From: a virus
Taxonomy: Duplodnaviria > Caudoviricetes
Direction: 5' to 3' (one strand)
DNA: 53,315 nucleotides
Virus record (IMG/VR): IMGVR_UViG_3300002855_000250
Span: 1 to 53,315 of that record
Within the stretch, counting starts at the first letter, position 1. Each line of letters begins with the position of its first letter. The translations under genes were made by a program, and so were the position numbers. Positions 17,069 through 25,464 of the stretch are shown here, piece after piece. The notes below the pieces were generated by a model that was not told where the DNA came from, made no database searches, and saw nothing but the letters and a program-made list of their open reading frames with translations.

Positions 17069-17688
17069 TTTGCAACTCTCCTTTCATATTTATTGGCTGT
17101 TGGAAATACCGTTGCATATTCCGGTACCCACTCAGGAGCTGGATACTTGCTGAGATATCCTAACCGATTAACCCACTCATCAACCGGTTGCTCAGCATGT
17201 AGCGCCTTTAGTAGATCATGCGCACCGTGTACGTCATTCAGCGCCCTGTGAGCCCCGCTGAGCTCTACGCCATACTTCTCGCACATATCAATGAGCTTGT
17301 GAGGATAGGTCGTTCTATCACGGCTGATGGTCATCGTATCGATAAATGGATTATTGAAGGTCTTTCCCGCCACCCTCATCATTGACCAATGAAGGAACTG
17401 CAGATCAAATGCGGCGTTGTGAGCGACTAGCAAAGCGTTACCCATTATGATGCGTAGGATCTTGAAGGCGGTATCCTCGTTCAATCCTTTTTCAACTTGG
17501 TCCTGTGTAATCCCCGTAATCCTCGTAATCTCGGATGTGATCTCGATATCCTGTTTTACAATAGTGCTGAACTCGCTCACGACTTCGCCGTATCTGACCC
17601 TTATAGCGGCCATCTCTATGACTCTATCGTTTTTGTGATCTAGGCCGCTTGTCTCAAAGTCGAAGACGCATATATCATCTAAAAACAA
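17065..17688 (-). CDS. DEDDh 3'-5' exonuclease (Pol III epsilon-like)
   Basis: VFDFETSG, AHNAAFD, HRALND. Confidence 0.92.
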   Translation of the reverse strand: MFLDDICVFDFETSGLDHKNDRVIEMAAIRVRYGEVVSEFSTIVKQDIEITSEITRITGITQDQVEKGLNEDTAFKILRIIMGNALLVAHNAAFDLQFLHWSMMRVAGKTFNNPFIDTMTISRDRTTYPHKLIDMCEKYGVELSGAHRALNDVHGAHDLLKALHAEQPVDEWVNRLGYLSKYPAPEWVPEYATVFPTANKYERRVAN

Positions 17689-18078
17689 TTAGGTCACCTC
17701 CGGATTCTTGTAAATGTTGCCGATGACTTCTATATCTTTGTAGGTGCAAAGGTGTTCGTCCCATCCTCGTCCATCGACAACCCAATGACCCAATTCGTGC
17801 CACTTAACCGCAACGGGGTGTGTTAACCAATCCGCACCGAGCAAATCCCCCTCGTATATCTCCTTGCCGTTTCGGTCTTTTAGTCCGGTGTATTGCTGCA
17901 AGATATAGATTTTATTAGCTGGAACATGTTCTGCGGACATTTCTAAAGTTCTCCGTAGAATGTCGCCTTGCAGAGTAATGCTGATATCCTTCAGGTTGCC
18001 TAGATGTGCCTCATATGTTGGTACGAAGAAACATTGATTATCCGTGTCCCACGCCCGAAACTTAATCTCCCTGTTCAA
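17689..18078 (-). CDS. YopX-family protein
   Basis: REIKFRAWD...QYTGLKD.NGKEIYEGD...EVIGNIY.NPE. Confidence 0.9.
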   Translation of the reverse strand: MNREIKFRAWDTDNQCFFVPTYEAHLGNLKDISITLQGDILRRTLEMSAEHVPANKIYILQQYTGLKDRNGKEIYEGDLLGADWLTHPVAVKWHELGHWVVDGRGWDEHLCTYKDIEVIGNIYKNPEVT

Positions 18079-18089
18079 AAATGATCACC

Positions 18090-18464
18090 TCACTCTGTAA
18101 GTTCATTCCGCAAATTCTCAGCCCATTCCCGACCTTCACGGGTATGATCAACCCACCAATGACAGGTGCCTTTGTTCTGCTGCGGGCCGCACAGCATTGC
18201 GATATCGTCCGCTGTTGTTTCATCTAAGTGGCGCCTCCGGATGAGGTGAGCAGCTTCTAATCGCCACCTCATTCCGGTACTATCAAAGCTTCCGTCCTTC
18301 CACTTACAACGCCGACAACGACCGCCTGATCTGTCGTAAGCATCCTTATAAACTTCTGGACGGATTCGACCGCGATCCTTGAGTTTGGGCTTATTTCGGT
18401 TATGGTTGACCTTCTTCGGAACCGCGCGTACCGGCTCCACAGCAAGGTTAATTCTGTTGTTCAT
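18090..18464 (-). CDS. HNH-like nuclease-fold protein
   Basis: CRRC, LEAAHL, MLCG...CH. Confidence 0.6.
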   Translation of the reverse strand: MNNRINLAVEPVRAVPKKVNHNRNKPKLKDRGRIRPEVYKDAYDRSGGRCRRCKWKDGSFDSTGMRWRLEAAHLIRRRHLDETTADDIAMLCGPQQNKGTCHWWVDHTREGREWAENLRNELTE

Positions 18465-19365
18465 GCTGTTCGATGGCTTTTAATACTTCATCAGTATCAG
18501 AGTCATCACCCAGAATTACGGACTGATCAGTAACGTCTATAACTTCGGACATGTCATCTGCAACTTCTCGCTTAATCGTTCCATCTGACGATATTGCCCG
18601 TTGCAGCTTAACTGCTTCTTGCGTTGTGCTTTTAGGAAGCTTCTTATCGCAGAGGGCAATCAGAACTGTTTTAAGCGCCATAGAATCAAAGTCATCTTTC
18701 CACGGACCGTACAGTTCGCCATTTTTCTGCGATTTGGAGTGTTGTAATGCGTGTTTCATTACTGCATCTTTGCTCATTACCGTACAGACAAATCCGCCGC
18801 CCTTCATCACCGCATATGCATAGTAAGCGTATGGTTCTCCGCGATCCCCTCTAAAGTTGGGAGTATGCTTAAACGTTCCGTTATTGCCTTTCTCGTAAAC
18901 AACCTCGTCATTTTCGCAAATGCTATCGAATTCAAGTTCGGACACTAATCCAGAATTCCAAACCAGCTTTGCAATGCCTCGATATCCTGGCTGGAACTGT
19001 GCCTCATCCACCCATGTAACTTGACCATTGACGACACGTTTATTTTTGTAGGGGATTAAATGAGCTTCCTTAAGTGGTGTATTAGGCTCCAGCCCGAGTT
19101 GTGCCGACTGCATCAATGCAGCTACAATACTCATCCCATCGCATTGCATAAGCTTTGGATTAGTACGAACAACAGTAATTGCTATCCGTACAAACCTCTC
19201 CACGCCAACATGATCAGGAAGAGCGCGTTTGAATTCTTTCTCCATGGATTTAATAAGGTCGAATACAGTCTTGGGTTTTTCCGCTGCTTGCCCGACTTGG
19301 CTATTTGCTTTTGTAGCTAATGCGGTAGAGATACCGGACTGATCTACGTTTTTATTTGCTGCCAT
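18448..19365 (-). CDS. recT: RecT single-strand annealing recombinase
   Basis: ALP.H...RF.R, NPKL..C, QLGLEP, FQPGYRG, PW..DFDSMALKTV. Confidence 0.92.
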   Translation of the reverse strand: MAANKNVDQSGISTALATKANSQVGQAAEKPKTVFDLIKSMEKEFKRALPDHVGVERFVRIAITVVRTNPKLMQCDGMSIVAALMQSAQLGLEPNTPLKEAHLIPYKNKRVVNGQVTWVDEAQFQPGYRGIAKLVWNSGLVSELEFDSICENDEVVYEKGNNGTFKHTPNFRGDRGEPYAYYAYAVMKGGGFVCTVMSKDAVMKHALQHSKSQKNGELYGPWKDDFDSMALKTVLIALCDKKLPKSTTQEAVKLQRAISSDGTIKREVADDMSEVIDVTDQSVILGDDSDTDEVLKAIEQHEQQN

Positions 19366-20234
19366 TATTCTTCGCCTCCAAGGACTCTAAATGGTCTCGA
19401 TTTTGAATTCGTCTTCCAAGAAAATGCGGGCTCTCCTTGCCAGAAAGCACGTTCGGCCTCACCCATCATCCCTTTGATTTGATTCTTTGCCGCTTCCTCT
19501 TGCCACTCCGCTGCAGTCTTTACCTTGCGAGCCTCCCGCAAAGATTGAATGATTGGATGAGCTTTAGGCGGTAGTTCCACATCATATGAAGCGTTAGATT
19601 GCGGATAAGTGCTTTTAAGATAATCAGTATCTTGATGCGAGTAAGCGGGTGGTATTTTGGGAAGTACTTTATCGTTCCAGAATTCCTTTTCTATAGTAAT
19701 GAGATTGGAGATAAGATCCTCATCACGTTCGATGACACGCCATTGATAATCCCATCCGCCTATCATTACTGCGATGTACCAACGATCCGCACCAGTAACG
19801 GCCATGTAATGGTTACATTGCAAAACGTATTCTGGCGGGCATTGTGTTCCAGCCCAATCGTCTTTGCAATACTCTGAGGTGTTCTTACATTCCAATCCCG
19901 CATTTAGATTTGGGATCCATCGGTCGATGTTAGCTAGCATGAATTCGTGCTCTGGGTGCTGATATATCCAGTTGCGCCGTTGAACCTTCAAATTCGTATC
20001 TTCCGCAAACCAATCTGCGATAATCGGTTCGTGTCGTCGTCCAGCTGCCATCTTCGCGTTATCTTCAAGCGGCGGAAGTTCTCCTAGCTTGTCTAGGTAA
20101 ACGTTCATGGCAGATTTATAGCGGCTCATTCCACATAAGGCGGCAGCGTCCGAACCGCCAATCCCCTTGCGCCTCCAAGCGAGCCACTCATCATGCGAGA
20201 GATCCTTGGTACTTACCAGCCTCTTCGCTTTCAT
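19365..20234 (-). CDS. YqaJ-like (lambda exonuclease family) recombination nuclease
   Basis: WRRKGIGGSD, ANIDR, LECK, QCNHYMAVTG. Confidence 0.92.
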   Translation of the reverse strand: MKAKRLVSTKDLSHDEWLAWRRKGIGGSDAAALCGMSRYKSAMNVYLDKLGELPPLEDNAKMAAGRRHEPIIADWFAEDTNLKVQRRNWIYQHPEHEFMLANIDRWIPNLNAGLECKNTSEYCKDDWAGTQCPPEYVLQCNHYMAVTGADRWYIAVMIGGWDYQWRVIERDEDLISNLITIEKEFWNDKVLPKIPPAYSHQDTDYLKSTYPQSNASYDVELPPKAHPIIQSLREARKVKTAAEWQEEAAKNQIKGMMGEAERAFWQGEPAFSWKTNSKSRPFRVLGGEE

Positions 20235-20416
20235 TTGGCGCCTCCGATCGGTTCAAGGTGCTTTGCAAAATACTCGCCATCTTTCTTAATATGGTGATCC
20301 GTCTTAGCACTAGGGACGATGGTCTCCTTGTCATCCTCGTAGTAAGGGGTGACCACCTTTCCTTCTATGAGCATGTTCCCGGGGTCGGATAGCTTGACGC
20401 GGTATTTGTTAGCCAT
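20231..20416 (-). CDS. Hypothetical protein
   Basis: MANKYR start with GGAGG RBS. Confidence 0.55.
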   Translation of the reverse strand: MANKYRVKLSDPGNMLIEGKVVTPYYEDDKETIVPSAKTDHHIKKDGEYFAKHLEPIGGAK

Positions 20417-20759
20417 ATTTGTTCGCCCTCCGTCCGTAGGAGTGATTCCGCTTAGGGCCTTCACCGCTATACACCTTTTTGAACGGTGAGCCGAATAGTC
20501 GTGCTGTTTCTTTCCGCATGCGACGATTCAGGATGATGCCGTGATTTTCCTTGATTGCTTCCGATACAGCGGATAGTCCGATCTTACCGGGTTCGTAAGG
20601 TGCTTTCTTCTGGCGCGGCTCAGTTCGGATAGCTTTCTTCTTTCCACGCCCAGTAACTGAATTACCACCCTTGCGAGCTGCATAGTCGTAAGCTGCGGCT
20701 GATTGCTTAGCGATGGTTAATGCTTCAACTTTCTTGGGATCACGATTGAATAATTTCAT
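20409..20759 (-). CDS. Basic hypothetical protein
   Basis: 116 aa, K/R-rich, GGAGG RBS. Confidence 0.65.
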   Translation of the reverse strand: MKLFNRDPKKVEALTIAKQSAAAYDYAARKGGNSVTGRGKKKAIRTEPRQKKAPYEPGKIGLSAVSEAIKENHGIILNRRMRKETARLFGSPFKKVYSGEGPKRNHSYGRRANKYG

Positions 20760-20778
20760 TGATTAAAACCTCCGTTTG

Positions 20779-20925
20779 TTAGTTAATTTGAATTTCTACG
20801 ACGGTACCACGAAGCCCGAGTGAACGATTCAGATACACGATCAACTCGTCATGCTCCATTGGTGCTTGGGTTTGACTTCCGTTAATGTAGTTCCGATACA
20901 ACCGCTTGCTCATGACGTAAATCAT
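20779..20925 (-). CDS. 48-aa hypothetical protein (not in track)
   Basis: MIYVMSKRLY...VVEIQIN; GGAGG RBS. Confidence 0.55.
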   Translation of the reverse strand: MIYVMSKRLYRNYINGSQTQAPMEHDELIVYLNRSLGLRGTVVEIQIN

Positions 20926-21009
20926 TGATTTGGCCTCCAAAATGGTCATTTTTATGGAAATTTGGCGAAAAAAAATACGCCGACGATAAAACAGCGATAA
21001 ATAGGGTTG

Positions 21010-21207
21010 TTAAGGGTTTTTGAGATTGTTACCATCGCCCTCTAAATCTTTGACATACAAGTATGCTTTGTTGAGACCCCAACCAGTAACGGATCGCAAC
21101 CACTTGATTGCGGCAATCTTACTTTCTTTCGCCATGATACGGCGCACCTTTTCCTTTCTGGTTAACAGGGTTATTTGAATTTCAATGCCTGGAAGTTTTA
21201 TGAACAT
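21010..21207 (-). CDS. Ribosomal protein bL12 C-terminal-domain-like protein
   Basis: KIAAIKWLRSVTGWGLNKAYLYV resembles KIxVIKxVRxxTGLGLKEAKxLV; AGGAGG RBS. Confidence 0.65.
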   Translation of the reverse strand: MFIKLPGIEIQITLLTRKEKVRRIMAKESKIAAIKWLRSVTGWGLNKAYLYVKDLEGDGNNLKNP

Positions 21208-21218
21208 ATAGCCGCCTC

Positions 21219-21521
21219 CTACTGCATGACCTTGATTAAATCATCAAGATCCTTCATGCGCTTATCGAGTTGGGAATGAAGATACCCGATAAGAGCATCG
21301 TGCAAACCTGTGCCTTTCGGATCCCAATAATAAGAATCAATTACATATTCCGCGTTACCGCCTCTTTGAAACTTAACGGATAAATCCCCTGACGATCCAT
21401 TGGTTACGTAGTGACGCTTCATTTTCAAAAACTCAATCATGTTGTTCAGAGATACGATCTCGGCATCCAGTTTCCCAGCTTGCTTCGCGATCTCAAGTTT
21501 CTTTTTCAGTAGATCAGACAT
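21219..21521 (-). CDS. Hypothetical protein
   Basis: 100 aa, AAGGGG RBS. Confidence 0.6.
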   Translation of the reverse strand: MSDLLKKKLEIAKQAGKLDAEIVSLNNMIEFLKMKRHYVTNGSSGDLSVKFQRGGNAEYVIDSYYWDPKGTGLHDALIGYLHSQLDKRMKDLDDLIKVMQ

Positions 21522-21550
21522 TGGCTTACCCCTTTCAGGTTTTTGATTCC

Positions 21551-22210
21551 CTACCCTCGCAGATAGAGGTTGAACTTTTTGCCGATCCGCGATAAGAGTC
21601 GAGATACATGCATTTGTTTTACTCCGGTTGCCAAGCCGATATTGACTTGTGTCATCCCGCGCATTCTAAGTTCTAAAACCTTGCGTTCAAGTTCTGGAAG
21701 AGTTGAGATGAAATCATTCACGAAGATGCCGGAATAATCAGCGTGGGATGGCAATGAGTCTTTGACCGTATCAGTTTCCGCGTCAGCAGTAAGGGAAACA
21801 TCAATTGACAAAACTGCAGCAGCGTTTACGGCACACTTTGCGCGTTTGGCTACTTCTAAGCTAATGCCGAATCGATTTGCAATCTGTTGATCGCTTTCAT
21901 CTTCAACTCCCATGCGCTTAATTTTGTTGGCGTACATCTTGGGGTGTCTAGCGATTTTAACTCGGTAGCTGCAGTCTCTTAGGTGTTTCTGAATGGAGCC
22001 ATATATTAATGGGACTGCGTAGGTGGAGAAGTTAATTCCTAGCGATTGGTCATAACGATTTCTAGCAGCTACCAATCCGACATTTCCAGCCCCCACGAGA
22101 TCGTCGTAGTCTTCACCGATTCGCTTGGCAACGCCCCAGAAACGCTTTGCGACGTGGTGTACTAAAGGTAGGTGTTCTTCTAATTGGATGGTGGCAGACA
22201 ATTTATTCAC
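21551..22210 (-). CDS. Sigma-70-family factor, SigF/SigG/SigB-like
   Basis: LVHHVAKRF, YDDLVGAGNVGL, FSTYAVPLIYGSIQKHLRD, TQ..IG...GVKQMHVSRL; alternative TTG start at 22201. Confidence 0.9.
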   Translation of the reverse strand: MNKLSATIQLEEHLPLVHHVAKRFWGVAKRIGEDYDDLVGAGNVGLVAARNRYDQSLGINFSTYAVPLIYGSIQKHLRDCSYRVKIARHPKMYANKIKRMGVEDESDQQIANRFGISLEVAKRAKCAVNAAAVLSIDVSLTADAETDTVKDSLPSHADYSGIFVNDFISTLPELERKVLELRMRGMTQVNIGLATGVKQMHVSRLLSRIGKKFNLYLRG

Positions 22211-22225
22211 CTCCGTATAAGTTAA

Positions 22226-22363
22226 TTATTGCAATTGCCTCAATACCGGATGCCGCTCTTCGATGATGGCCATCTCTTTCTCAACAACTAAGCGAAGGTC
22301 AGCATCGCAAGTGTTGAGCCAGTAGCCCATCAGTTCGAAGTGGCGTTCTCCGTCAGACTTCAT
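22226..22363 (-). CDS. 45-aa hypothetical protein (not in track)
   Basis: MKSDGERHF...; ATGA overlap, GGAAGAAGGTG upstream. Confidence 0.5.
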   Translation of the reverse strand: MKSDGERHFELMGYWLNTCDADLRLVVEKEMAIIEERHPVLRQLQ

Positions 22364-22551
22364 TTGATCCCACCTTCTTCCTTCTGCCCTTTGACATCAC
22401 TATTAGGTAGATCAAGGCTGATGTTTTCCGATTCCGGCATTTTCTCCTCGATCCCAACAATGATGCCGAGGGCGTTACGCTGAACCCACATCAATTCACG
22501 TTTCCAAGGCTCCTTTTGAAAATGGCGTTGATCGATTAGAGGGTTATCCAT
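22360..22551 (-). CDS. Hypothetical protein
   Basis: 63 aa, coupled to its neighbours. Confidence 0.55.
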   Translation of the reverse strand: MDNPLIDQRHFQKEPWKRELMWVQRNALGIIVGIEEKMPESENISLDLPNSDVKGQKEEGGIK

Positions 22552-22729
22552 GTAAGGTCATTCCCTTCTCAGCCTCTAGTTCAATGCGTTCCGTCATTGG
22601 ACGGATAGTGTGCTGTGCTTTGCAATCGGCTACCATGCGAGCGGCTTCGTGACCTTTGAGTATGCCAGTTGCGTACACTGGACCGGATGACATGCCAGCA
22701 TCGGCTAGGAGTTGGGCGAATTGGCTCAT
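22544..22729 (-). CDS. Hypothetical protein
   Basis: MSQFAQ start with AAGGAG RBS. Confidence 0.55.
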   Translation of the reverse strand: MSQFAQLLADAGMSSGPVYATGILKGHEAARMVADCKAQHTIRPMTERIELEAEKGMTLHG

Positions 22730-22845
22730 TGCTCTTTCTCCTTTCGTCTTTCTTCTAACGAAAACTCTATCCATGTTACAAAGAACCAAACAATTGAAGT
22801 CACCCAGATACCGATTAAGATTGAAAGCACATGAAGCCAGACCAT
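22726..22845 (-). CDS. 39-aa single-pass membrane peptide (not in track)
   Basis: MVWLHVLSILIGIWVTSIVWFFVTWIEFSLEERRKEKEQ; AAGGAG upstream; stop overlaps the next ATG. Confidence 0.55.
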   Translation of the reverse strand: MVWLHVLSILIGIWVTSIVWFFVTWIEFSLEERRKEKEQ

Positions 22846-22905
22846 ATTAGCTTGTCCACTCCTTTTGAATGGGTTCAACGACGAAGGCTTGTCCATTGAA
22901 AATGG

Positions 22906-23169
22906 CTATTCGGTTTCAATAGTAACTGTCGATGATTCATTCAGCGGAGCATCATTCTGAATTTGTGTCGTATTAAGACACCCCGCCTCAAAAAAATTTT
23001 CAAACGGAACTTGAAACAAATGGCTAAGTTTTGCGATCTCATCTGCGTAAAATCGAGCATGTCCATTTTCTTTCTTGGAGTATCCTCCAACAGACAATTT
23101 CAACTCTTTTGCCACTTCCTTCGATTGCTTTCCAGCATTAACTCTTGCTGCCTTTACTGTTATTTTCAT
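22906..23169 (-). CDS. Cro-like XRE HTH regulator
   Basis: KAARVNAG..S.EVAKEL.LS...YSKKENG; divergent from the CI-like gene. Confidence 0.88.
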   Translation of the reverse strand: MKITVKAARVNAGKQSKEVAKELKLSVGGYSKKENGHARFYADEIAKLSHLFQVPFENFFEAGCLNTTQIQNDAPLNESSTVTIETE

Positions 23170-23302
23170 TCCCTCACCACCGTTCGTCTTAGTGTGTCTT
23201 TTGGAGACACGTTCAGACTAGCACCATTATTATCCAACGTCAACCCTAAAAAGACACGTTATAATAAAATTGTTGTGTAATGTGTCTTTTTGTGGTTATA
23301 CT
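22965..23302. promoter_or_regulatory. Lysis/lysogeny switch: operators GTGTC-N7-GACAC and divergent promoters
   Basis: Full palindromes at 22965-22981 (inside cro) and 23194-23210; mutually inverted half-sites near 23242-23257 and 23282-23297; leftward TTGACG-17-TAGTCT; rightward TTGTGT-18-TATACT. Confidence 0.75.
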
Positions 23303-23334
23303 ATATCGAAGCCATTAATGAAGGAGAATTTCAA

Positions 23335-23760
23335 ATGACTGGTGTGGGCGAAAAAAAATATTTTTATATCACAACAGGAAAAAACATAAAAAAATATCGC
23401 GATCTGCGAAATTATAGTTTACAAGTGCTTGCCGAGAAAGTCGGATTGACGAAAAAGACAATACAGCGGTATGAAAACGGGGAAATAAGGATTAATATGG
23501 ATCGTCTTAAAGATATAGCGGTCGCCCTGGATGTAGAGGTTACTCAATTAACGGAAGGCACGAATGTATTTTCCGTGCAAGAGAGTGGAAATGAATATAA
23601 CTCCGCGCCTCGTGGGCAAACGGAGTTATCAGGTGACGAAAAATTATTAGGTGAGTTGAAGCAACTTGCAAACAAGTATCAAATAGATCTAAGTGACCCC
23701 AAGACCATGGATACTTTCAAGGACGCGCTTGATCTCATCAAGAGAGTAAGAGGAGAATAA
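23335..23760 (+). CDS. CI-like XRE repressor lacking an S24 peptidase domain
   Basis: NIKKYR...SLQVLAEKVGLTKKTIQRYENG; AAGGAG RBS before ATG 23335; short helical C-terminus. Confidence 0.88.
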   Translation: MTGVGEKKYFYITTGKNIKKYRDLRNYSLQVLAEKVGLTKKTIQRYENGEIRINMDRLKDIAVALDVEVTQLTEGTNVFSVQESGNEYNSAPRGQTELSGDEKLLGELKQLANKYQIDLSDPKTMDTFKDALDLIKRVRGE

Positions 23761-23988
23761 TTCCAGCACTTCATTTCGGAAATCGGTTATTCGATCGTTC
23801 TGCAGGGTACTGTTCACGTCAACGATGTCATGAGCATTATTTTCTATTTCCAGTCAGCTCCTTGTTGTATATTGACGGTGACTGTTCTGGTTGTAATGGT
23901 GTTCTGATTATAGCACAAAAATGGGAACAGAACGCGAACACAGAAAGAAAAATTTTCCGACATCAATCGACAGTGAAAGGAGTCCCAA

Positions 23989-24225
23989 ATGGCATTCCGA
24001 CTCGGGGAATGCTTATTGCGAGATCGGCTTGAAAAGGTGAACATGACTCAAACAGAATTGGCTGACAGGCTTGGTGTTTCTAAGCAATTCGTTGGAGCAA
24101 TCATATCTGGCAGGAAAAAGATGAGCCTCGAATTAGCCATTAATGCAGCGCAATTACTGGAATGTCGTGTAACCGATCTTTACGTATTACATCATAAGCC
24201 GATTAAACGACGTAAGCGTGAGTAG
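23989..24225 (+). CDS. XRE HTH regulator
   Basis: GECLLRDRL...MTQTELADRLGVS...MSLE.A...LLEC...DLY; AAGGAG RBS. Confidence 0.85.
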   Translation: MAFRLGECLLRDRLEKVNMTQTELADRLGVSKQFVGAIISGRKKMSLELAINAAQLLECRVTDLYVLHHKPIKRRKRE

Positions 24226-24381
24226 GATTTATCTACTCTCCTCTCTGAGTAAAATGTCTACCTTGGGGTTTACTCAATCAAGTACATTGTAAATCCTAGC
24301 AATGGAAAATGCTGTCGATTTATGTAGATACTCGCGAACTATTCACCCCCACCGAAATGTTTGGATCATAGGTAAAAAGTC

Positions 24382-24714
24382 TTATTTGGATTTGTAAGGA
24401 ATTGAAATTATCGTTCCGTCAACAAACTCAATAAACGAGTTACCGCGTTCTTGATTCATATGTTTTATTCGTCTTGTATTAACAATTGATGATCGATCCG
24501 CTTGAACAAAACCGAAAATTAAGTACGCTTGTGCAACCTCTTTTATTGTTCGAAGGGGAAAATAGTCTCCGCTTGTAGTATGGAATAAAGGAAGTTGAAG
24601 TTTGTTTTTCGTTGCTCTTCTAACTGATATATAGTTTACTTCCGACAACCTGAATTCAACTATATCTGATTCGTCACCTACTCTTCCTTCGGACTTTATG
24701 CCAATCATCCTCAT
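24382..24714 (-). CDS. Stand-alone LytTR-type DNA-binding domain protein
   Basis: EVNYI...FHT....Y...TIKE...GFVQADRSSIVN..RIK resembles LytTR (F.R.HRS.IVN...I). Confidence 0.7.
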   Translation of the reverse strand: MRMIGIKSEGRVGDESDIVEFRLSEVNYISVRRATKNKLQLPLFHTTSGDYFPLRTIKEVAQAYLIFGFVQADRSSIVNTRRIKHMNQERGNSFIEFVDGTIISIPYKSK

Positions 24715-24822
24715 ATGCATACCTCTCTGAATCGTGATGTCAGTCAATCATATGGCTTATCAGCCTACTAATCAGCAAGTAAAATATGGAACTTTGATCT
24801 ACGAATGCACCTAAAACATTTT

Positions 24823-25044
24823 TCACCACAAATCCGAAGCGCTGACGTTGGGGTCTACCTGACGTAGCGCTTTTATTATTTTTGCGCGTGTTGCGGATCG
24901 TGGGTTATTGACAGTACCGTCACAAAGGTCTGATATGGCGTTCCTACTTAAGCCTGTTATTTTCACTAACCACTCCTGCGTTATCTCCTTGCGATCAATC
25001 CATTTACCTAACCTAGATCGCTCTTTCATCCACGAAGGGAACAT
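24823..25044 (-). CDS. XRE HTH regulator divergent from the FtsK operon
   Basis: RSRLGKWID...ITQEWL...TGLSRNAIS.LC...KIIKALR.VDPNV...D.W. Confidence 0.85.
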   Translation of the reverse strand: MFPSWMKERSRLGKWIDRKEITQEWLVKITGLSRNAISDLCDGTVNNPRSATRAKIIKALRQVDPNVSASDLW

Positions 25045-25179
25045 TAGGATACACTCTCCTTTTTGTTCCTATCGTGGACAACTCTACTGAAATTTATACG
25101 AGTTTGTAAACGAAACTTGTAATAACGGACAATCGGCACCTAATATCATTTACCACAAACCGCTTAGGAGGATGATTAA

Positions 25180-25464
25180 ATGTTCAGTAAAACTGTTTTG
25201 AAGAAAATGGTTCAAGAGCTTTCCGTCCCGACACTTGTGACGCTGACTCACGAATCGCTTGAAGGAATTGGAGAAGAGTTGAGCGAGGGATCACTGGACG
25301 TAATCGCTAATATCGAAATGTTTGCAACTGAAATGAAGCGTCGTATTACTCCAGATGTTCCTCAGCAAAAACAAAAACGCAGCCGGCCTAGCGAGGAAGC
25401 TCCCCCATCGCCTGCACCTGAAAAACCAGTTTTGAAGTTTGTTGTTGGAGGCGAGGATCAATGA
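25180..25464 (+). CDS. Hypothetical protein
   Basis: AGGAGG RBS; first gene of the plus-strand operon. Confidence 0.7.
   Translation: MFSKTVLKKMVQELSVPTLVTLTHESLEGIGEELSEGSLDVIANIEMFATEMKRRITPDVPQQKQKRSRPSEEAPPSPAPEKPVLKFVVGGEDQ

Noticed and set aside
23881-23945. Canonical LexA box next to the repressor
   Set aside because: GAAC and GTTC half-sites are present but not in the GAAC-N4-GTTC arrangement
23989-25044. Arbitrium, Rap-Phr or Agr peptide communication system
   Set aside because: No TPR/RRNPP receptor, AgrB, kinase or signal-peptide-bearing propeptide found
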